Below, one piece after another: positions 29,356 to 40,200 of a stretch of DNA of 64,000 nucleotides. The notes beneath the pieces were generated by a model that did not search any database, had not been told where the DNA came from, and was given only the letters and a program-made list of their open reading frames with translations. Every line of letters starts with the position of its first letter. The stretch's first letter is position 1. Source of the stretch: Patescibacteria group bacterium (lineage in GTDB: Bacteria > Patescibacteriota > Patescibacteriia > UBA10025 > JAHIVO01); contig JAQULM010000001.1 of NCBI GenBank assembly GCA_028718605.1, positions 94,693-158,692 of the forward strand, written 5' to 3'. The position numbers and the translations under genes are program-made.

Positions 29356-31098
29356 TTACAGTAAATTTTTGATTGTCGATGTGATTTCATCTGAAAAAAA
29401 CGGCCTGCCGTCGTATTTCAGAATTTTATAATCCGGCGCAAGCCCGGTCTGTTCGCGAATCCACGCGGCAAGCTGGCCCGTCTTGTTATTTTCAACAACC
29501 GCAATCTTTTTCGCCTTTTTAAACACTGATTTCACGTACTCGACAGGAAACGGGCTGATGTATTTGATTTGAAGGTAATTTGCCCGAATCCGGTGCGATT
29601 TCAACTGTTCGATCGCTTCGAGAATTGCACCTCGCGTCGAACCCCAACCGATGATCGTTATGTCGGCATTACTGTCACCCTCGAGAACGGGTAGCGGAAC
29701 ATCCGCAGCCGCCGCGTCAAACTTACGGAACCGCTTATCGACCATCTTTGCGCGCTCCTCAGCCGTTTCGTCAGAAAAACTTTCTTCATCATGCTCATCA
29801 CTATTCGCAATATGTTCACCGCCCGGCGTACCCGGCAGGGTTCGAGGAGAAACGCCATCTTTCGTATGCAAATACCGTTTGTACGCGGTTCCAACCGGCA
29901 AATCTTTTTCCGCCGCAACACGTCCACGGTCAATTGGCAGGTCTTTAAAACCTGACTGCTCAATCCACGAATGGCTCGAAGCAAGATATTTGTCAGTAAT
30001 GACCATGACGGGAGTCTGATACTTTTCTGCTAAGTTAAATGCCTCCTGGGTCATGAAATAACATTGCTCAAGGTCTCCTGGCGCCATCACAATGCGCGGA
30101 AACTCCCCGTGCGATGCAGCGAGAAGCATTGCGAGGTCATCCTGGCCGCTCCAGGTTGGCATGCCTGTCGAGGGCCCGGTACGCATCGCTTCAACAACGA
30201 CGAGCGGTACTTCAATTTGGCCGGCCATGCCCCACGCTTCCGTCATGAGGTCGAAACCGCCGCCTGACGTCACCGTCATCGAACGGACACCAGCGTATCC
30301 TGCACCGATTGCAGCGCAAATCGCCGCAATTTCATCCTCGACCTGAACCACGACGAGATTATGTTTTTGGGCTTGGCCAGCGAGTGTATTCATGATTGAA
30401 GTTGCCGGCGTCATCGGATAGCCAGACAAGAACTTACAGCCGGCCTTGATCGCTCCAAGCGCGATAGCGTTATTCCCTGCCATGATCATACGCTCCGGAT
30501 TCGAAAGGGGTTTCGCGGTGTAGTTGAATGGTTTGCTTAAATTTTTATTAATAAAATCAAATCCCGCGCGTGCTGCGGCTTTATTGGTATCGATAATAGC
30601 TTGTGGCTTTTTTTTGAGGGTAAAATTTAGCTCAATAATGGCAAATAACCCCTCGATAGGCAGCTTCAGAAGTGCGTACGTAGCGCCGAGCGCCACAACG
30701 TTCCGCGCCACGCGCTCCGCGCCGCTTGCCAGGGCTAAATCTTCAAACGGCACGCCAATCACCGTTACGCCGTCGCCATAGTATCCTCCTGGCACCGAAG
30801 CGTTATTCGTGTTGTAGAGAACGGCAGCATCGGGGGCGAGTTCGTGGGTGTGGAGATTCACCGTGTCTTGATTCAGCGCTATAAGCACCTGAATCGGGCG
30901 CCGGGGAGCGAACACTTTTCGGTCTGAAACGCTCACCTCAAACGTATTATGGCCTCCGCGAATCAATGATGGGTATTCCGCGTAGTCAAAAACATATAAA
31001 CCTGCCCGAAGCATCGCGCGGGCAAACATTGCACCGGCTGACAGGATGCCATAACCAGCTTCCCCGCCAATTTTCCAGCTAAAATTATTCTGAATCAT
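29356..31098 (-). CDS. 2-oxoacid:ferredoxin oxidoreductase, alpha subunit (with the gamma-type N-terminal domain)
   Basis: About 580 aa. It has the N-terminal KIGGEAGYG (gamma domain) and a large alpha domain. The start is at MIQNNFSW, preceded by AAAGGAAA. Confidence 0.85.
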   Translation of the reverse strand: MIQNNFSWKIGGEAGYGILSAGAMFARAMLRAGLYVFDYAEYPSLIRGGHNTFEVSVSDRKVFAPRRPIQVLIALNQDTVNLHTHELAPDAAVLYNTNNASVPGGYYGDGVTVIGVPFEDLALASGAERVARNVVALGATYALLKLPIEGLFAIIELNFTLKKKPQAIIDTNKAAARAGFDFINKNLSKPFNYTAKPLSNPERMIMAGNNAIALGAIKAGCKFLSGYPMTPATSIMNTLAGQAQKHNLVVVQVEDEIAAICAAIGAGYAGVRSMTVTSGGGFDLMTEAWGMAGQIEVPLVVVEAMRTGPSTGMPTWSGQDDLAMLLAASHGEFPRIVMAPGDLEQCYFMTQEAFNLAEKYQTPVMVITDKYLASSHSWIEQSGFKDLPIDRGRVAAEKDLPVGTAYKRYLHTKDGVSPRTLPGTPGGEHIANSDEHDEESFSDETAEERAKMVDKRFRKFDAAAADVPLPVLEGDSNADITIIGWGSTRGAILEAIEQLKSHRIRANYLQIKYISPFPVEYVKSVFKKAKKIAVVENNKTGQLAAWIREQTGLAPDYKILKYDGRPFFSDEITSTIKNLL

Positions 31099-31513
31099 AG
31101 AAATTTCCTTTAGTAACACACGCCTGTACTGTATACTATAGCAGATGTGTCATGAATTGATAACACCCCTCGGCGCATTCAAATGCGCAAGCATCCGATC
31201 GCGCTCCTGTACAACGAGCTCACTGTCATATTCGCCCGCATGTGCTGGGCTACCTTCATATGACGGCTGTTTTTCATCAAGGTGCAAATTGAATTCAGTG
31301 CGCTCAGGAGAGAGGTATACATACAGGTGAAAACGCGGAAATGGCAGCCCTCGCAAGCGCCTGATGAATACAAACGACCGGGGGTCACGCGTCGACTGTT
31401 GGTGGTACCCGAGCCGGTTCATGAATACTTTTAAATTCATCGGGAACTGCCCTGAATGTGAAAACTTCACCGTTGATCAGTTAACAAATTATACAGCCGA
31501 AAACTGCTGATCG

Positions 31514-33562
31514 TTACCGAACCTGAAACAGGCGGATGTCGGCGACAGCACACGAGGACGGTGCCATAATCACAGGATTTAAGTCAAGCTCGACAATTCG
31601 CGGTTTTGCCATCATAAGAGCAGAAATTCCGACAAGGATATCGGCGAGTTTCTCGATTGGAAAATTACTGCCTCGTTTGCTAGAAAAAATTCGCCCGAGA
31701 ACACTTTCATTAATAAGCGCGTAGGCCTGCTTCTTATTGATCGGGAGAGGTGTAATAACAGCACTTCGAAGAACCTCCACGAAAATACCGCCAAGACCGA
31801 CAATAACATATGGTCCGATGATTGGATCGCGTTTTGCGCCAACGACAACTTCGAGCGGTCCGGGCGCATAGGGCTGGATAAAGAATCCTTCTTCTGCGCC
31901 GAAACGGAACGGGAACCTTGTGCGCCATTCAGCTAAGAGTGTTTCGAGGGCTGACGGAGTTGGGATATTCAGGCGAACAGCCCCTGAATCAATTTTATGC
32001 ACCATCCGACGATGCACGATTTTTATGACGATAGGGTACCCGATTTTTTTTGCTGCCCACATCGCACGCTCGGGAGTGCGCGCCAGGGCTGAAGGCATTA
32101 TAGTCGAAATAAACGGCCGCACAATCCGCTCGGCCGCTTTACCAAGCACCGGAACCGCCCGTCCACGCGGCGTTTGGGTCTGATCGGGAAACGTGCGCAC
32201 TTCATTGCGATCAATTTTATAGAGCGCCAGCGCCGCGAGTGCCTGCGCGGCGCGTTCGGGATACGGAAAATGCAAAAGTCCGGCTTTTGAAAAAATTGCC
32301 CGGCCTCTTTCGACCCCTTGCCCGCCCACAAACGAGGATACGATCGGTATACGCGGATGTGCCCGCTGGATGCGGACTATAGCATGTGCAATTTTTTCCG
32401 TATCCGTAACATACTGGTGCGTGAGCACCGCGATAATGCCTGCGACTGACGGATCCTGGACAACTACCTCAAGCGCTTTCTGGTAGCGCGACGCTGCTGC
32501 ATCACCAAGAACGTCAACAGGATTGCCAACTGCAGCAGCGGGCGGGAGCGCCTTGTGCAAAGCCGCAACGGTTTTTTCAGAAAAAATCGCTAACGAGATA
32601 TTCGGGCTCACCGCAACGGCATCAGTCGCGAGGATGCCAGGACCGCCGGCGTTTGTAACGATTGCGACACCACTGCCAGCGCTCTGGAAGCGCTTCTCAA
32701 ACAATTCCGCGTACGCGAATAATTCTTCCAGCGTCGGTACGATGATTGCACCTGCAGCGCGCAATGCGGCACACTGGACATCATGCGATCCCGCGAGCGC
32801 ACCGGTATGTGATGCAACAGCAGATTGCGCTTGCGTACTCACGCCAGGCATGAGTACGATGACCGGTTTCCGCTTACTCGCACTTCGGACAGTCCGGAGC
32901 AGTGACCGGCCCGTGGCAAGACTCTCAAGGTATAAAACAACAACGCCGGTATCCGGATCATTGCCAAAATACCGAATCAGCTCTTCTTCGTGAACATCCG
33001 CTTTATTACCAAGTGACACGAGGGCTGAAAAACCAATATTTGAGGAGAGCGCCCAATCGGTTATTGCGACTGCCATCGCGCCAGACTGGGATAAAACCGC
33101 GATTCTGCCATGTTTTGGCAAGCCTTCTGCGAATGATGCATTCATCCTCAGCTTGGGTATGATAAGCCCGAGGCAATTCGGTCCGAGTAAACGAATGCGA
33201 TTCTCACGGGCAATTTTCATGCACTGCCGCTCAAGGCGTTTGCCTTCCTCACCGCTTTCTCCAAATCCGGCGCTCACAATCAGTACTGCACGAATTTTCC
33301 GCGCGCCGCATTCGCGCAAAACACCGGAGACAATGGGTGCCGGAACAACGATCACCGCAAAGTCTGGACGCTCACGGAGGTGCTGGACCGAGATCTCGAC
33401 GCGTTTGCCATACAGCATGCCGCCTTTGGGGTTAATGGGGACTATCTTCCCCCGAAAACGGTATTCAACCAAATTTTTAATTATAATGTTTCCAAGTTTC
33501 GATGGGTCGTGAGATGCACCGATGATCGCGATTGAACGCGGATGGAAAAAATTCGATAGCAT
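31514..33562 (-). CDS. Acetyl-CoA synthetase (ADP-forming), fused alpha-beta
   Basis: The N-terminal CoA-binding domain is SIAIIGASHDPSKLGN. The succinyl-CoA-synthetase-like ligase domains follow, ending with an ATP-grasp C-terminus. Confidence 0.85.
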   Translation of the reverse strand: MLSNFFHPRSIAIIGASHDPSKLGNIIIKNLVEYRFRGKIVPINPKGGMLYGKRVEISVQHLRERPDFAVIVVPAPIVSGVLRECGARKIRAVLIVSAGFGESGEEGKRLERQCMKIARENRIRLLGPNCLGLIIPKLRMNASFAEGLPKHGRIAVLSQSGAMAVAITDWALSSNIGFSALVSLGNKADVHEEELIRYFGNDPDTGVVVLYLESLATGRSLLRTVRSASKRKPVIVLMPGVSTQAQSAVASHTGALAGSHDVQCAALRAAGAIIVPTLEELFAYAELFEKRFQSAGSGVAIVTNAGGPGILATDAVAVSPNISLAIFSEKTVAALHKALPPAAAVGNPVDVLGDAAASRYQKALEVVVQDPSVAGIIAVLTHQYVTDTEKIAHAIVRIQRAHPRIPIVSSFVGGQGVERGRAIFSKAGLLHFPYPERAAQALAALALYKIDRNEVRTFPDQTQTPRGRAVPVLGKAAERIVRPFISTIMPSALARTPERAMWAAKKIGYPIVIKIVHRRMVHKIDSGAVRLNIPTPSALETLLAEWRTRFPFRFGAEEGFFIQPYAPGPLEVVVGAKRDPIIGPYVIVGLGGIFVEVLRSAVITPLPINKKQAYALINESVLGRIFSSKRGSNFPIEKLADILVGISALMMAKPRIVELDLNPVIMAPSSCAVADIRLFQVR

Positions 33563-33566
33563 AAGC

Positions 33567-35156
33567 TTATACTTCTAATAAATTATTTCCTGTCATGCCA
33601 GAAGAAGGCTTCAGCTGCATATACGTCAAAATAGTCACGGCGATATCTGATAGTATGCCCGTCGGCTGCAACATGCTTAAATCATGCTCGGTTATCATAT
33701 CACCGTATGGCCGTACATTCTCCCACTCACGGCCGACAGCGACGAACGGCACCGGATTCACGCTATGCTCCTTATCCATTGCTCCAGTCTGAAGATTTGT
33801 AAGCTCTTCCCCGTTGCCATGGTCGGCCGTGATAAACAGGAGACCGTCCAATTCCAGCACGGCATCGACAAGCTCACCGAGGCATTTATCAATCGCTTCA
33901 AGTGCCTTAACCGTTGCTTTAAATTTCCCGGTATGGCCAACCATATCGCAATTTGCATAATTGACGACGATAAAATCAAACGATGCTTTTTTAATTTCCT
34001 TGAGCAGCCGTTCGGTGACTTTCGGCGCGCTCATTTCGGGTTTCTGGTCATACGATGACACGGACGGTGATGGGACGATCATATTCTCTTGCCCCTCGTA
34101 CGGCTTTTCGTTGCCGCCATTGAAAAAATACGTTACATGGGCATACTTTTCAGTTTCCGCGATGTGGAGCTGGCGCAAGCCAGCCTGTGCGATGACCCAC
34201 CCGAGCGGATCGGCGATTTCAACCGGAGGGAATGCGACAATAGTCGGGAGATCCTTGTCATACTGGGTCATGCTGACGAAAAGAAGGTCCTTCAAGTACT
34301 GCGGGCGCTTAAATTTATCAAAACTTGGGAGAACAAATGCGGTGGTTATTTGGCGTGCCCTGTCCGGCCGAAAGTTGAAAAAAATCAGGGAATCCTTCGG
34401 GCCGACTATTGCCGTGGGTTTGTCCTCCGATCCGATTACTGTCGGGATAACCTCCTCGTCATACACTTCCTTGGCGTACGATTCCTGAATTGCCGTCATC
34501 GGATCTTTCGCATATTTTTCAGCAACTCCTTCGGCGATTGCACGGTACGCCTTCTCTTCCCGATCCCAGCGGTTATCACGGTCCATCGCGTAGTACCGTC
34601 CGGATAGTGTCGCAACCTTTCCAATTTTTAATTCTTTAATTTTTGCTTCAACTTTTTTCATCAGTTCAATGCCGCTGTCACGTGGCGAGTCACGGCCATC
34701 AAGCATGATATGAAGGTAGACATCTTTCAGTTTCTGCTTCTTGCAAAATTCCATGAGTGCAAAAAGATGGTCTGTCGATGAATGAACGCTGCCGACTCCT
34801 ATCAAACCCATGAGGTGCATCGCTGATTTATTCTGCTTCGCATGCTCAGCTGCCTGAATGAACGCGTCATTTTTGAAAAAACTCCCATCAGCAATGCTTC
34901 TCGAAATTCTCGGAAGATTCTGGTAGATGATGCGGCCGGCGCCGAGATTGAGATGGCCGACTTCGGAATTTCCCATTTCTCCCCATGGAAGTCCGACGGC
35001 TTCACTCGAAGCTTGGAGTGCCATTGTCGGATAGGTGTCTACCAGCTTATCCCATACCGGCATTTTCGCTGAGAACGTCGGATTCCCTTGCGACGGCGGC
35101 GCGATGCCAAATCCATCGAGAATGCACAGTACTACTGGTTTATGCGGAAGTTGCAT
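33567..35156 (-). CDS. gpmI: 2,3-bisphosphoglycerate-independent phosphoglycerate mutase (iPGM)
   Basis: VVLCILDGFG...EVGHLNLGAGR...DGRD; C-terminal ADHGN. Confidence 0.9.
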   Translation of the reverse strand: MQLPHKPVVLCILDGFGIAPPSQGNPTFSAKMPVWDKLVDTYPTMALQASSEAVGLPWGEMGNSEVGHLNLGAGRIIYQNLPRISRSIADGSFFKNDAFIQAAEHAKQNKSAMHLMGLIGVGSVHSSTDHLFALMEFCKKQKLKDVYLHIMLDGRDSPRDSGIELMKKVEAKIKELKIGKVATLSGRYYAMDRDNRWDREEKAYRAIAEGVAEKYAKDPMTAIQESYAKEVYDEEVIPTVIGSEDKPTAIVGPKDSLIFFNFRPDRARQITTAFVLPSFDKFKRPQYLKDLLFVSMTQYDKDLPTIVAFPPVEIADPLGWVIAQAGLRQLHIAETEKYAHVTYFFNGGNEKPYEGQENMIVPSPSVSSYDQKPEMSAPKVTERLLKEIKKASFDFIVVNYANCDMVGHTGKFKATVKALEAIDKCLGELVDAVLELDGLLFITADHGNGEELTNLQTGAMDKEHSVNPVPFVAVGREWENVRPYGDMITEHDLSMLQPTGILSDIAVTILTYMQLKPSSGMTGNNLLEV

Positions 35157-36709
35157 AGTATTTTGGTTTCTTTCATTTGGTTAGGCAGCGGGCAGCCCAT
35201 CATATGGACAATCGTCGGTGCGATATTCGCGAGAACACCGCGCTCGATCGGAATATCCCGCGGAATAGTTTTATTAACAATAATAAATGGCACGGGATTA
35301 CTCGAATGTGACGTATCCACTTGCCCGGTTTCAAGGTCAACAAGTTCTTCAACATTGCCATGGTCAGCGGTAATAACCAGCGTTCCCTCATGCTCGCGTA
35401 TAGCTCCATACAATCTGCCAATACACAGATCAACCGTTTGTACCGCGGTAATACACGCCGGCAGGTCACCCGTATGGCCAACCATGTCGGGATTCGCGTA
35501 ATTCACGCAGATGAAATCATACCGTTCATCATGGATCGATCGCACGATATAATCCGTCAATTGGGCAGCGCTCATTTCGGGCTTGTCTTTGTATGACTGG
35601 ATGTGGGGTGATTTGATGATAACCCGGTCTTCGTTCGCGACCGTGCTATCATGCCCGCCGTTCAGGAAGTACGTGACATGGGCGTATTTCTCTGTTTCAG
35701 CGGTGTATAACTGGCGCAATCCTTGGAGAGCGAATGGCAAGGTGCCAGGCAATACGCGCGCTGGGTATGCGGAAATGACACCGGGCAAATCAGGCCCGAA
35801 ATCCGTCAAGGAAACGAAGAATAAGTCATTGAGTACCTTTTTCCGGGGAAAGCCGATAAAATCTTTCTGGACAAACGCCTTGCATAGCTGGCGAACGCGA
35901 TCTGACCGGAGATTAAAAAAGATTACCGCATCATTATCCTCCAGGCGACGGCTGTTCCCATCACCATCAGTAATGACAGTCGGCTGGAGGTATTCATCGT
36001 TTTCATGCCTGTTATAACCGAGGAGTACCGCCTCAACGGCATCCTCCGCATGTACTCCGGTGCCTTCAACGAGCGTTTCGTATGCTTTCTGGGTCCGTTG
36101 CCATTCCTTAATCCTGTCCATCGCGTAGAAACGCCCGATAATGGTAGCGATTTTTTCTCCCGGTTCAAGCGTCCGCTTGATGCGGTCAATCAAGCGAATT
36201 GCGAGATATTGGTAGGAATCCCGGCCGTCGGTAAACAGATGTAAAGTCGTATTATGGATTTTTTTAATCCTCAGAAGCGTCAACAGCGCCAATAAGTGGT
36301 CTGGATCAGCATGCGCCGATTGCTCAGCAGTTATCATCCCCATGAGGTGAAGCCTCGAATTATGCTTTTGCACATGGCGTATTGCCGCAAGAAATGCGGG
36401 ATTCTTGAAAAACGTCCCCTCATTAATCGATTTAGAAATAATAACTGAATCTTGTTCCACGATCCGGCCAGCGCCGATATTCATATGCCCTGCTTCGGAA
36501 TTGCCATCCTGGGTCGGCGGCAAACCAGCATCCCTGCCGGACGCCCCGAGGAGAGTGTTCGGATAATTATCAGTCAGCATATCCATGATGGGCGTTGACG
36601 CAAGCGCGATTGCATTGCCGCGCGTTTCATTCCAAATCCCCCACCCATCAAGTATCGCAAGAATGAAGGGCTTCCGCTTCTTAGCTTCCGATGAAGAATT
36701 ATTTCCCAT
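35132..36709 (-). CDS. Second, divergent iPGM paralog placed in tandem
   Basis: FILAILDGWG...EAGHMNIGAGR...TDGRD...ITADHGN. It overlaps the downstream gpmI by 25 bp. Confidence 0.85.
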   Translation of the reverse strand: MGNNSSSEAKKRKPFILAILDGWGIWNETRGNAIALASTPIMDMLTDNYPNTLLGASGRDAGLPPTQDGNSEAGHMNIGAGRIVEQDSVIISKSINEGTFFKNPAFLAAIRHVQKHNSRLHLMGMITAEQSAHADPDHLLALLTLLRIKKIHNTTLHLFTDGRDSYQYLAIRLIDRIKRTLEPGEKIATIIGRFYAMDRIKEWQRTQKAYETLVEGTGVHAEDAVEAVLLGYNRHENDEYLQPTVITDGDGNSRRLEDNDAVIFFNLRSDRVRQLCKAFVQKDFIGFPRKKVLNDLFFVSLTDFGPDLPGVISAYPARVLPGTLPFALQGLRQLYTAETEKYAHVTYFLNGGHDSTVANEDRVIIKSPHIQSYKDKPEMSAAQLTDYIVRSIHDERYDFICVNYANPDMVGHTGDLPACITAVQTVDLCIGRLYGAIREHEGTLVITADHGNVEELVDLETGQVDTSHSSNPVPFIIVNKTIPRDIPIERGVLANIAPTIVHMMGCPLPNQMKETKILCNFRINQ

Positions 36710-37970
36710 GAAGCTCCTCCTCGATTTCCATTAAACGGTTATACTTTGACGTACGCTCGCCCCGAACAGGCCCGACTTTAATGTATTCGGCATTTGCTGC
36801 AGCGGCAACATCAACCATAAAGCTGTCGTTTGTTTCTCCGCCGCCACGGTGCGACACGACCTGCCAGAAATCGTGCGCACGCCCGAGTTTAATCGTTTTC
36901 ATTGTTTCGGAAAGCGTCCCGATCTGATTGAGCTTGATAAGGACGGCATTGATCGCTTTCCGGTCGATTGCCATCTGAACCCGCTCCGGATTTGTCACCG
37001 TTAGGTCATCGCCGATAATCCGTATCTTCTTCCCGCATTCGGCGAATAATGAAATCCACCCGTCCCAATCGTCTTCCGCAAGGCCGTCTTCCAGCGTTAT
37101 GATCGGGTACTTCGAAATCCAGTCACGGAACAATCCAATCATCTGGTCAGTCGAGAGGCCAGCGCCTTCGCGCTTCAAAACATACCGTTTGTTCTCAGGT
37201 TCATAGAGCTCTGATGTCGCTGGGTCAAGTGAAATAGAAATATCCTTCCCGGGGGCATAGCCAGCTTTCTCAATCGCTTCAGTAAGAAACCGCAGCGGCT
37301 GTTCATTGGTCTCGATGCCAGACGGGGCAAATGCCCCCTCGTTGCCGACATTGGTATTGAATCCCTGTTTCTTGAGAATTGATTTTAACGCACCGTACGC
37401 TTCTTCCCCCCATCGGACTGCTTCGCGTGCAGTCGGCGCGCCCGAAACACTCAGAAGATACTCCTGGAAATCAGTTGAATTATCGGCATGCGCACCGCCT
37501 TCGATGACGACCATCATCGGCCGGGGAAGCTTCCAAGTTTTATACGGCAGCTTGTACGTTCGCCGAATGTACGCGTACAGCGGTTCATGCAACGCCAGGG
37601 CTGCTGCACGTGCGCACGCGAGGGAGACGGCTAATATGCTATTTCCGCCGTACTTTGACTTTTGAGGGGTACCGTCAAGCTCAATCATTGTCTGGTCAAT
37701 CGTTTCCTGTGAAGTTACAGCCATGCCCTTGAGCGCCGGACCCAGTGTGCCCGTAATCGCCTTGCACGCTTTTAACATTCCGCCGCCGTCATACCGCTTC
37801 TTATCACCATCCAGCATCGTCAATGCTTCATGCGTACCGGCAGAAACGCCGTATGGAACTGAGGCACTGCCTACAATGCCGTTATCAATGATTACATGCG
37901 CTTCGATGGTCGGTTTCCCGCCAGAGGCGAGCACTTCTCGTGCGGTAATCTGTTTAATTTTATTCTGCAT
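36699..37970 (-). CDS. eno: Enolase
   Basis: Full-length enolase (SGETED-region equivalents; C-terminal KYNRLMEIEEEL). Confidence 0.95.
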   Translation of the reverse strand: MQNKIKQITAREVLASGGKPTIEAHVIIDNGIVGSASVPYGVSAGTHEALTMLDGDKKRYDGGGMLKACKAITGTLGPALKGMAVTSQETIDQTMIELDGTPQKSKYGGNSILAVSLACARAAALALHEPLYAYIRRTYKLPYKTWKLPRPMMVVIEGGAHADNSTDFQEYLLSVSGAPTAREAVRWGEEAYGALKSILKKQGFNTNVGNEGAFAPSGIETNEQPLRFLTEAIEKAGYAPGKDISISLDPATSELYEPENKRYVLKREGAGLSTDQMIGLFRDWISKYPIITLEDGLAEDDWDGWISLFAECGKKIRIIGDDLTVTNPERVQMAIDRKAINAVLIKLNQIGTLSETMKTIKLGRAHDFWQVVSHRGGGETNDSFMVDVAAAANAEYIKVGPVRGERTSKYNRLMEIEEELHGK

Positions 37971-37987
37971 ACAATAGATTGTTTAGT

Positions 37988-39160
37988 TTATTCTATTAAT
38001 GGGTTAATCGCTGGCAGGCCGTTGCCTTCCAGTAATTTCAGCATTGCGCCGCCCCCTGACGACGCAAATGATACTTTATCGAGGCAACCGGCGCGCTTTA
38101 CAGCATCGAGCGTGTCCCCGCCGCCGATGATTGTCCTCGCGCCTGAGGTACTCAACGCTGTGGCTACTTCTTTCGTGCCGCGTGCAAATTCATTAAGCTC
38201 GTAATAACCCATCGGCCCGCCCCAAACAACGACCTTCGCCTTTGCGATTACCATACTGTACAACCTAACGGTGTCAGGACCAATGTCCAGGATATACTCA
38301 TCGTCACTGACATTGCCAGCGGCTTTTATTTCTGTCGGGACTCCAGTCGCGATTTTTTTTGCAGTCACCACGTCAACCGGCACGTGGAGCCTTGTATCAA
38401 CGAGTGCGAGCTCCTTCGCGACGTCCATCATTTCCTCTTCAAAAATAGATTTACCGATCGCCATGCCTTTTGCCTTGAGAATATTGTTTGCGAGCGCTCC
38501 CCCGAGGCAGACGTGATCGGCAATTTCGAGAAACTTTTTGATAACTTTAATCTTGTCGGAAATTTTTGCTCCCCCAACGAGTGCGACAAGAGGCTTCTGG
38601 GGAGACTCGAGTACGCTCGAGAGCTCGCTGACTTCCTGCTCGAGCCGGAGGCCTGCATACGACGGGAGGTGTTCGGTAACGCCAAGCATTGATGCGTCCT
38701 CCCGATGGCATACGCCAAATGCCTCGTTAACGTAGAGTTCACCGAGGGTGGCGAGTGCTTTCGCAAATTCGGGATTTCCTTTCTTCTCCTCCTTATGAAA
38801 ACGGAGATTCTCAAGCATGATAATATCTCCAGGCATCATTGCCATAACGGCCTTCTCGACATCTGGCCCAACGCAATCAGACAGCATCATAACGGGTTTT
38901 CCCAGCAGCTCACCAAGGCGGACCGCGACTGGCCGAAGCGAAAATTTCTCATCTCCCGGTTCCCCTTTCGGGCGGCCAAGGTGCGCACTGAGGACTAATT
39001 TTGCTTTTTGTTGAAGCAAGTACTGTAGAGTCGGCAAACAAACCTGGATGCGGGTATCATCGGTAATACTGCCAGTATCATCGAGTGGCACGTTGAATTC
39101 ACACCGCACCAAAACTCGCTTATCAGCGACATTCGCCTTACGGACTGATCGTAACTCCAT
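37988..39160 (-). CDS. pgk: Phosphoglycerate kinase
   Basis: The start at MELRSVRKANVADKRVLVRCEFNVPLD gives a canonical Pgk N-terminus. The longer ORF reaching 39223 adds 21 non-conserved residues. Confidence 0.9.
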   Translation of the reverse strand: MELRSVRKANVADKRVLVRCEFNVPLDDTGSITDDTRIQVCLPTLQYLLQQKAKLVLSAHLGRPKGEPGDEKFSLRPVAVRLGELLGKPVMMLSDCVGPDVEKAVMAMMPGDIIMLENLRFHKEEKKGNPEFAKALATLGELYVNEAFGVCHREDASMLGVTEHLPSYAGLRLEQEVSELSSVLESPQKPLVALVGGAKISDKIKVIKKFLEIADHVCLGGALANNILKAKGMAIGKSIFEEEMMDVAKELALVDTRLHVPVDVVTAKKIATGVPTEIKAAGNVSDDEYILDIGPDTVRLYSMVIAKAKVVVWGGPMGYYELNEFARGTKEVATALSTSGARTIIGGGDTLDAVKRAGCLDKVSFASSGGGAMLKLLEGNGLPAINPLIE

Positions 39161-39273
39161 AGGCCGAATAGAGTTAATGTTCTTTCGTGATGTGAGATTA
39201 ATTATACAATATTTTTTCTCCATTCACAATAGCAAAATAACCGGGAATCGCCTTTCTCTCCTGGCGCATACCA

Positions 39274-39531
39274 TTACTTTTTGCCTCGTATTGAAACAAC
39301 TGAAATCGAATTGGACGCTGTTTTTTTGATAATCAACCGCGCCTTCGCAGCGACGGTATTTTTCCTTACTAAATTGAAATTGAATTTCAAATTTTGCGGG
39401 GTTATCGCTTGTCCATGCTGGACAAGAGTGCCCAGGCGCACCGTAACGCTCGTGATTTGCTTCAAATCGCGCAGTGCGGCCGTATGGACAGCTGTTTTCA
39501 GTATATCCTGCGCTGCAATTAAATCATGCAT
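39274..39531 (-). pseudogene. hypA: HypA-like fragment A: the Ni-binding N-terminal domain only, with no Zn-finger
   Basis: MHDLIAAQDILKTAVHTAALRDLKQITSVTVRLGTLVQHGQAITPQNLKFNFNLVRKNTVAAKARL... parallels E. coli HypA (MHEITLCQRALELIEQQAAKHGAKRVTGVWLKIGAFSCVETSSLAFCFDLVCRGSVAE). It then ends after 22 more residues with no CxxC...CxxC motifs. Confidence 0.55.
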
Positions 39532-39763
39532 ACCATCTCTCCTGCGGCTTGCCGCGTTCAATACGTATTCTGCGGTTCCAATGAAATACGCCTTCCCCTT
39601 ACAACTCTTCGTCTGATTTATCAGCTCTTTTCTCCGGTTCCGTATCGCCTGCTGCATGCTCGTCGGTATCGTTCGTATCTAATGGCTCACCACGCTCACT
39701 GTCTGGCTCATGGAATGGTGATAATCGTTCAGGCATACAATACAAAAGTTTATGTCCTCATCG

Positions 39764-40171
39764 CTAGTGCGTCGCACACGTCATGCACGGATCGTACGCA
39801 CGGATGAGGGTACCGAGTTTACGCGCATCGGGAGCATGTCGCCGGGCAGCACGTAAGTAGTGCTCCAAGTCAACCTCGAGATTGTTAATCATTTGCGCGG
39901 TCGGGGTAATAATATTTACATTTTTTAAAATACCAAGCCGATCTGTTTCGTAGTAATGCAGTAAAATTCCGCGCGGCGTTTCTATCGCAGCGACGGTATT
40001 TTTCCTTACTAAATTGAAATTGAATTTCAAATTTTGCGGGGTTATCGCTTGTCCATGCTGGACAAGAGTGCCCAGGCGCACCGTAACGCTCGTGATTTGC
40101 TTCAAATCGCGCAGTGCGGCTGTATTGACAGCCGTTTTCAGTATATCCTGCGCTGCAATTAAATCATGCAT
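39764..40171 (-). pseudogene. Chimeric ORF: HypA N-domain copy B fused in frame to a duplicated C-terminal 73 codons of the hydrogenase large subunit
   Basis: The first 62 aa are identical or near-identical to fragment A. The remainder, IETPRGILLHYYETDRLGIL...DPCMTCATH, matches the C-terminus of the ORF 40810..42066. Confidence 0.5.
39766..39993. repeat. Direct duplicate of the 3' end of the hydrogenase large-subunit gene (original at about 40813..41037)
   Basis: About 225 bp with only a few substitutions. It includes the DPCxxCxxH-encoding end. Confidence 0.8.
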
Positions 40172-40173
40172 AC
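39988..40173. repeat. Direct repeat, copy B of the hypA 5' segment (copy A lies at about 39350..39531, with few mismatches)
   Basis: A stretch of about 185 bp is nearly identical between the two loci when read directly. Confidence 0.8.
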
Positions 40174-40200
40174 GACTAAAAACTCGGCCAATGAATCAAA

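Noticed and set aside
31150-31470. 106-aa minus-strand ORF between the OFOR alpha and acd genes
   Set aside because: No RBS or motifs. It may be a spurious ORF in a 390-bp spacer. It was not listed as a feature.
35583-36017. 144-aa plus-strand ORF
   Set aside because: It is antisense to the iPGM paralog.
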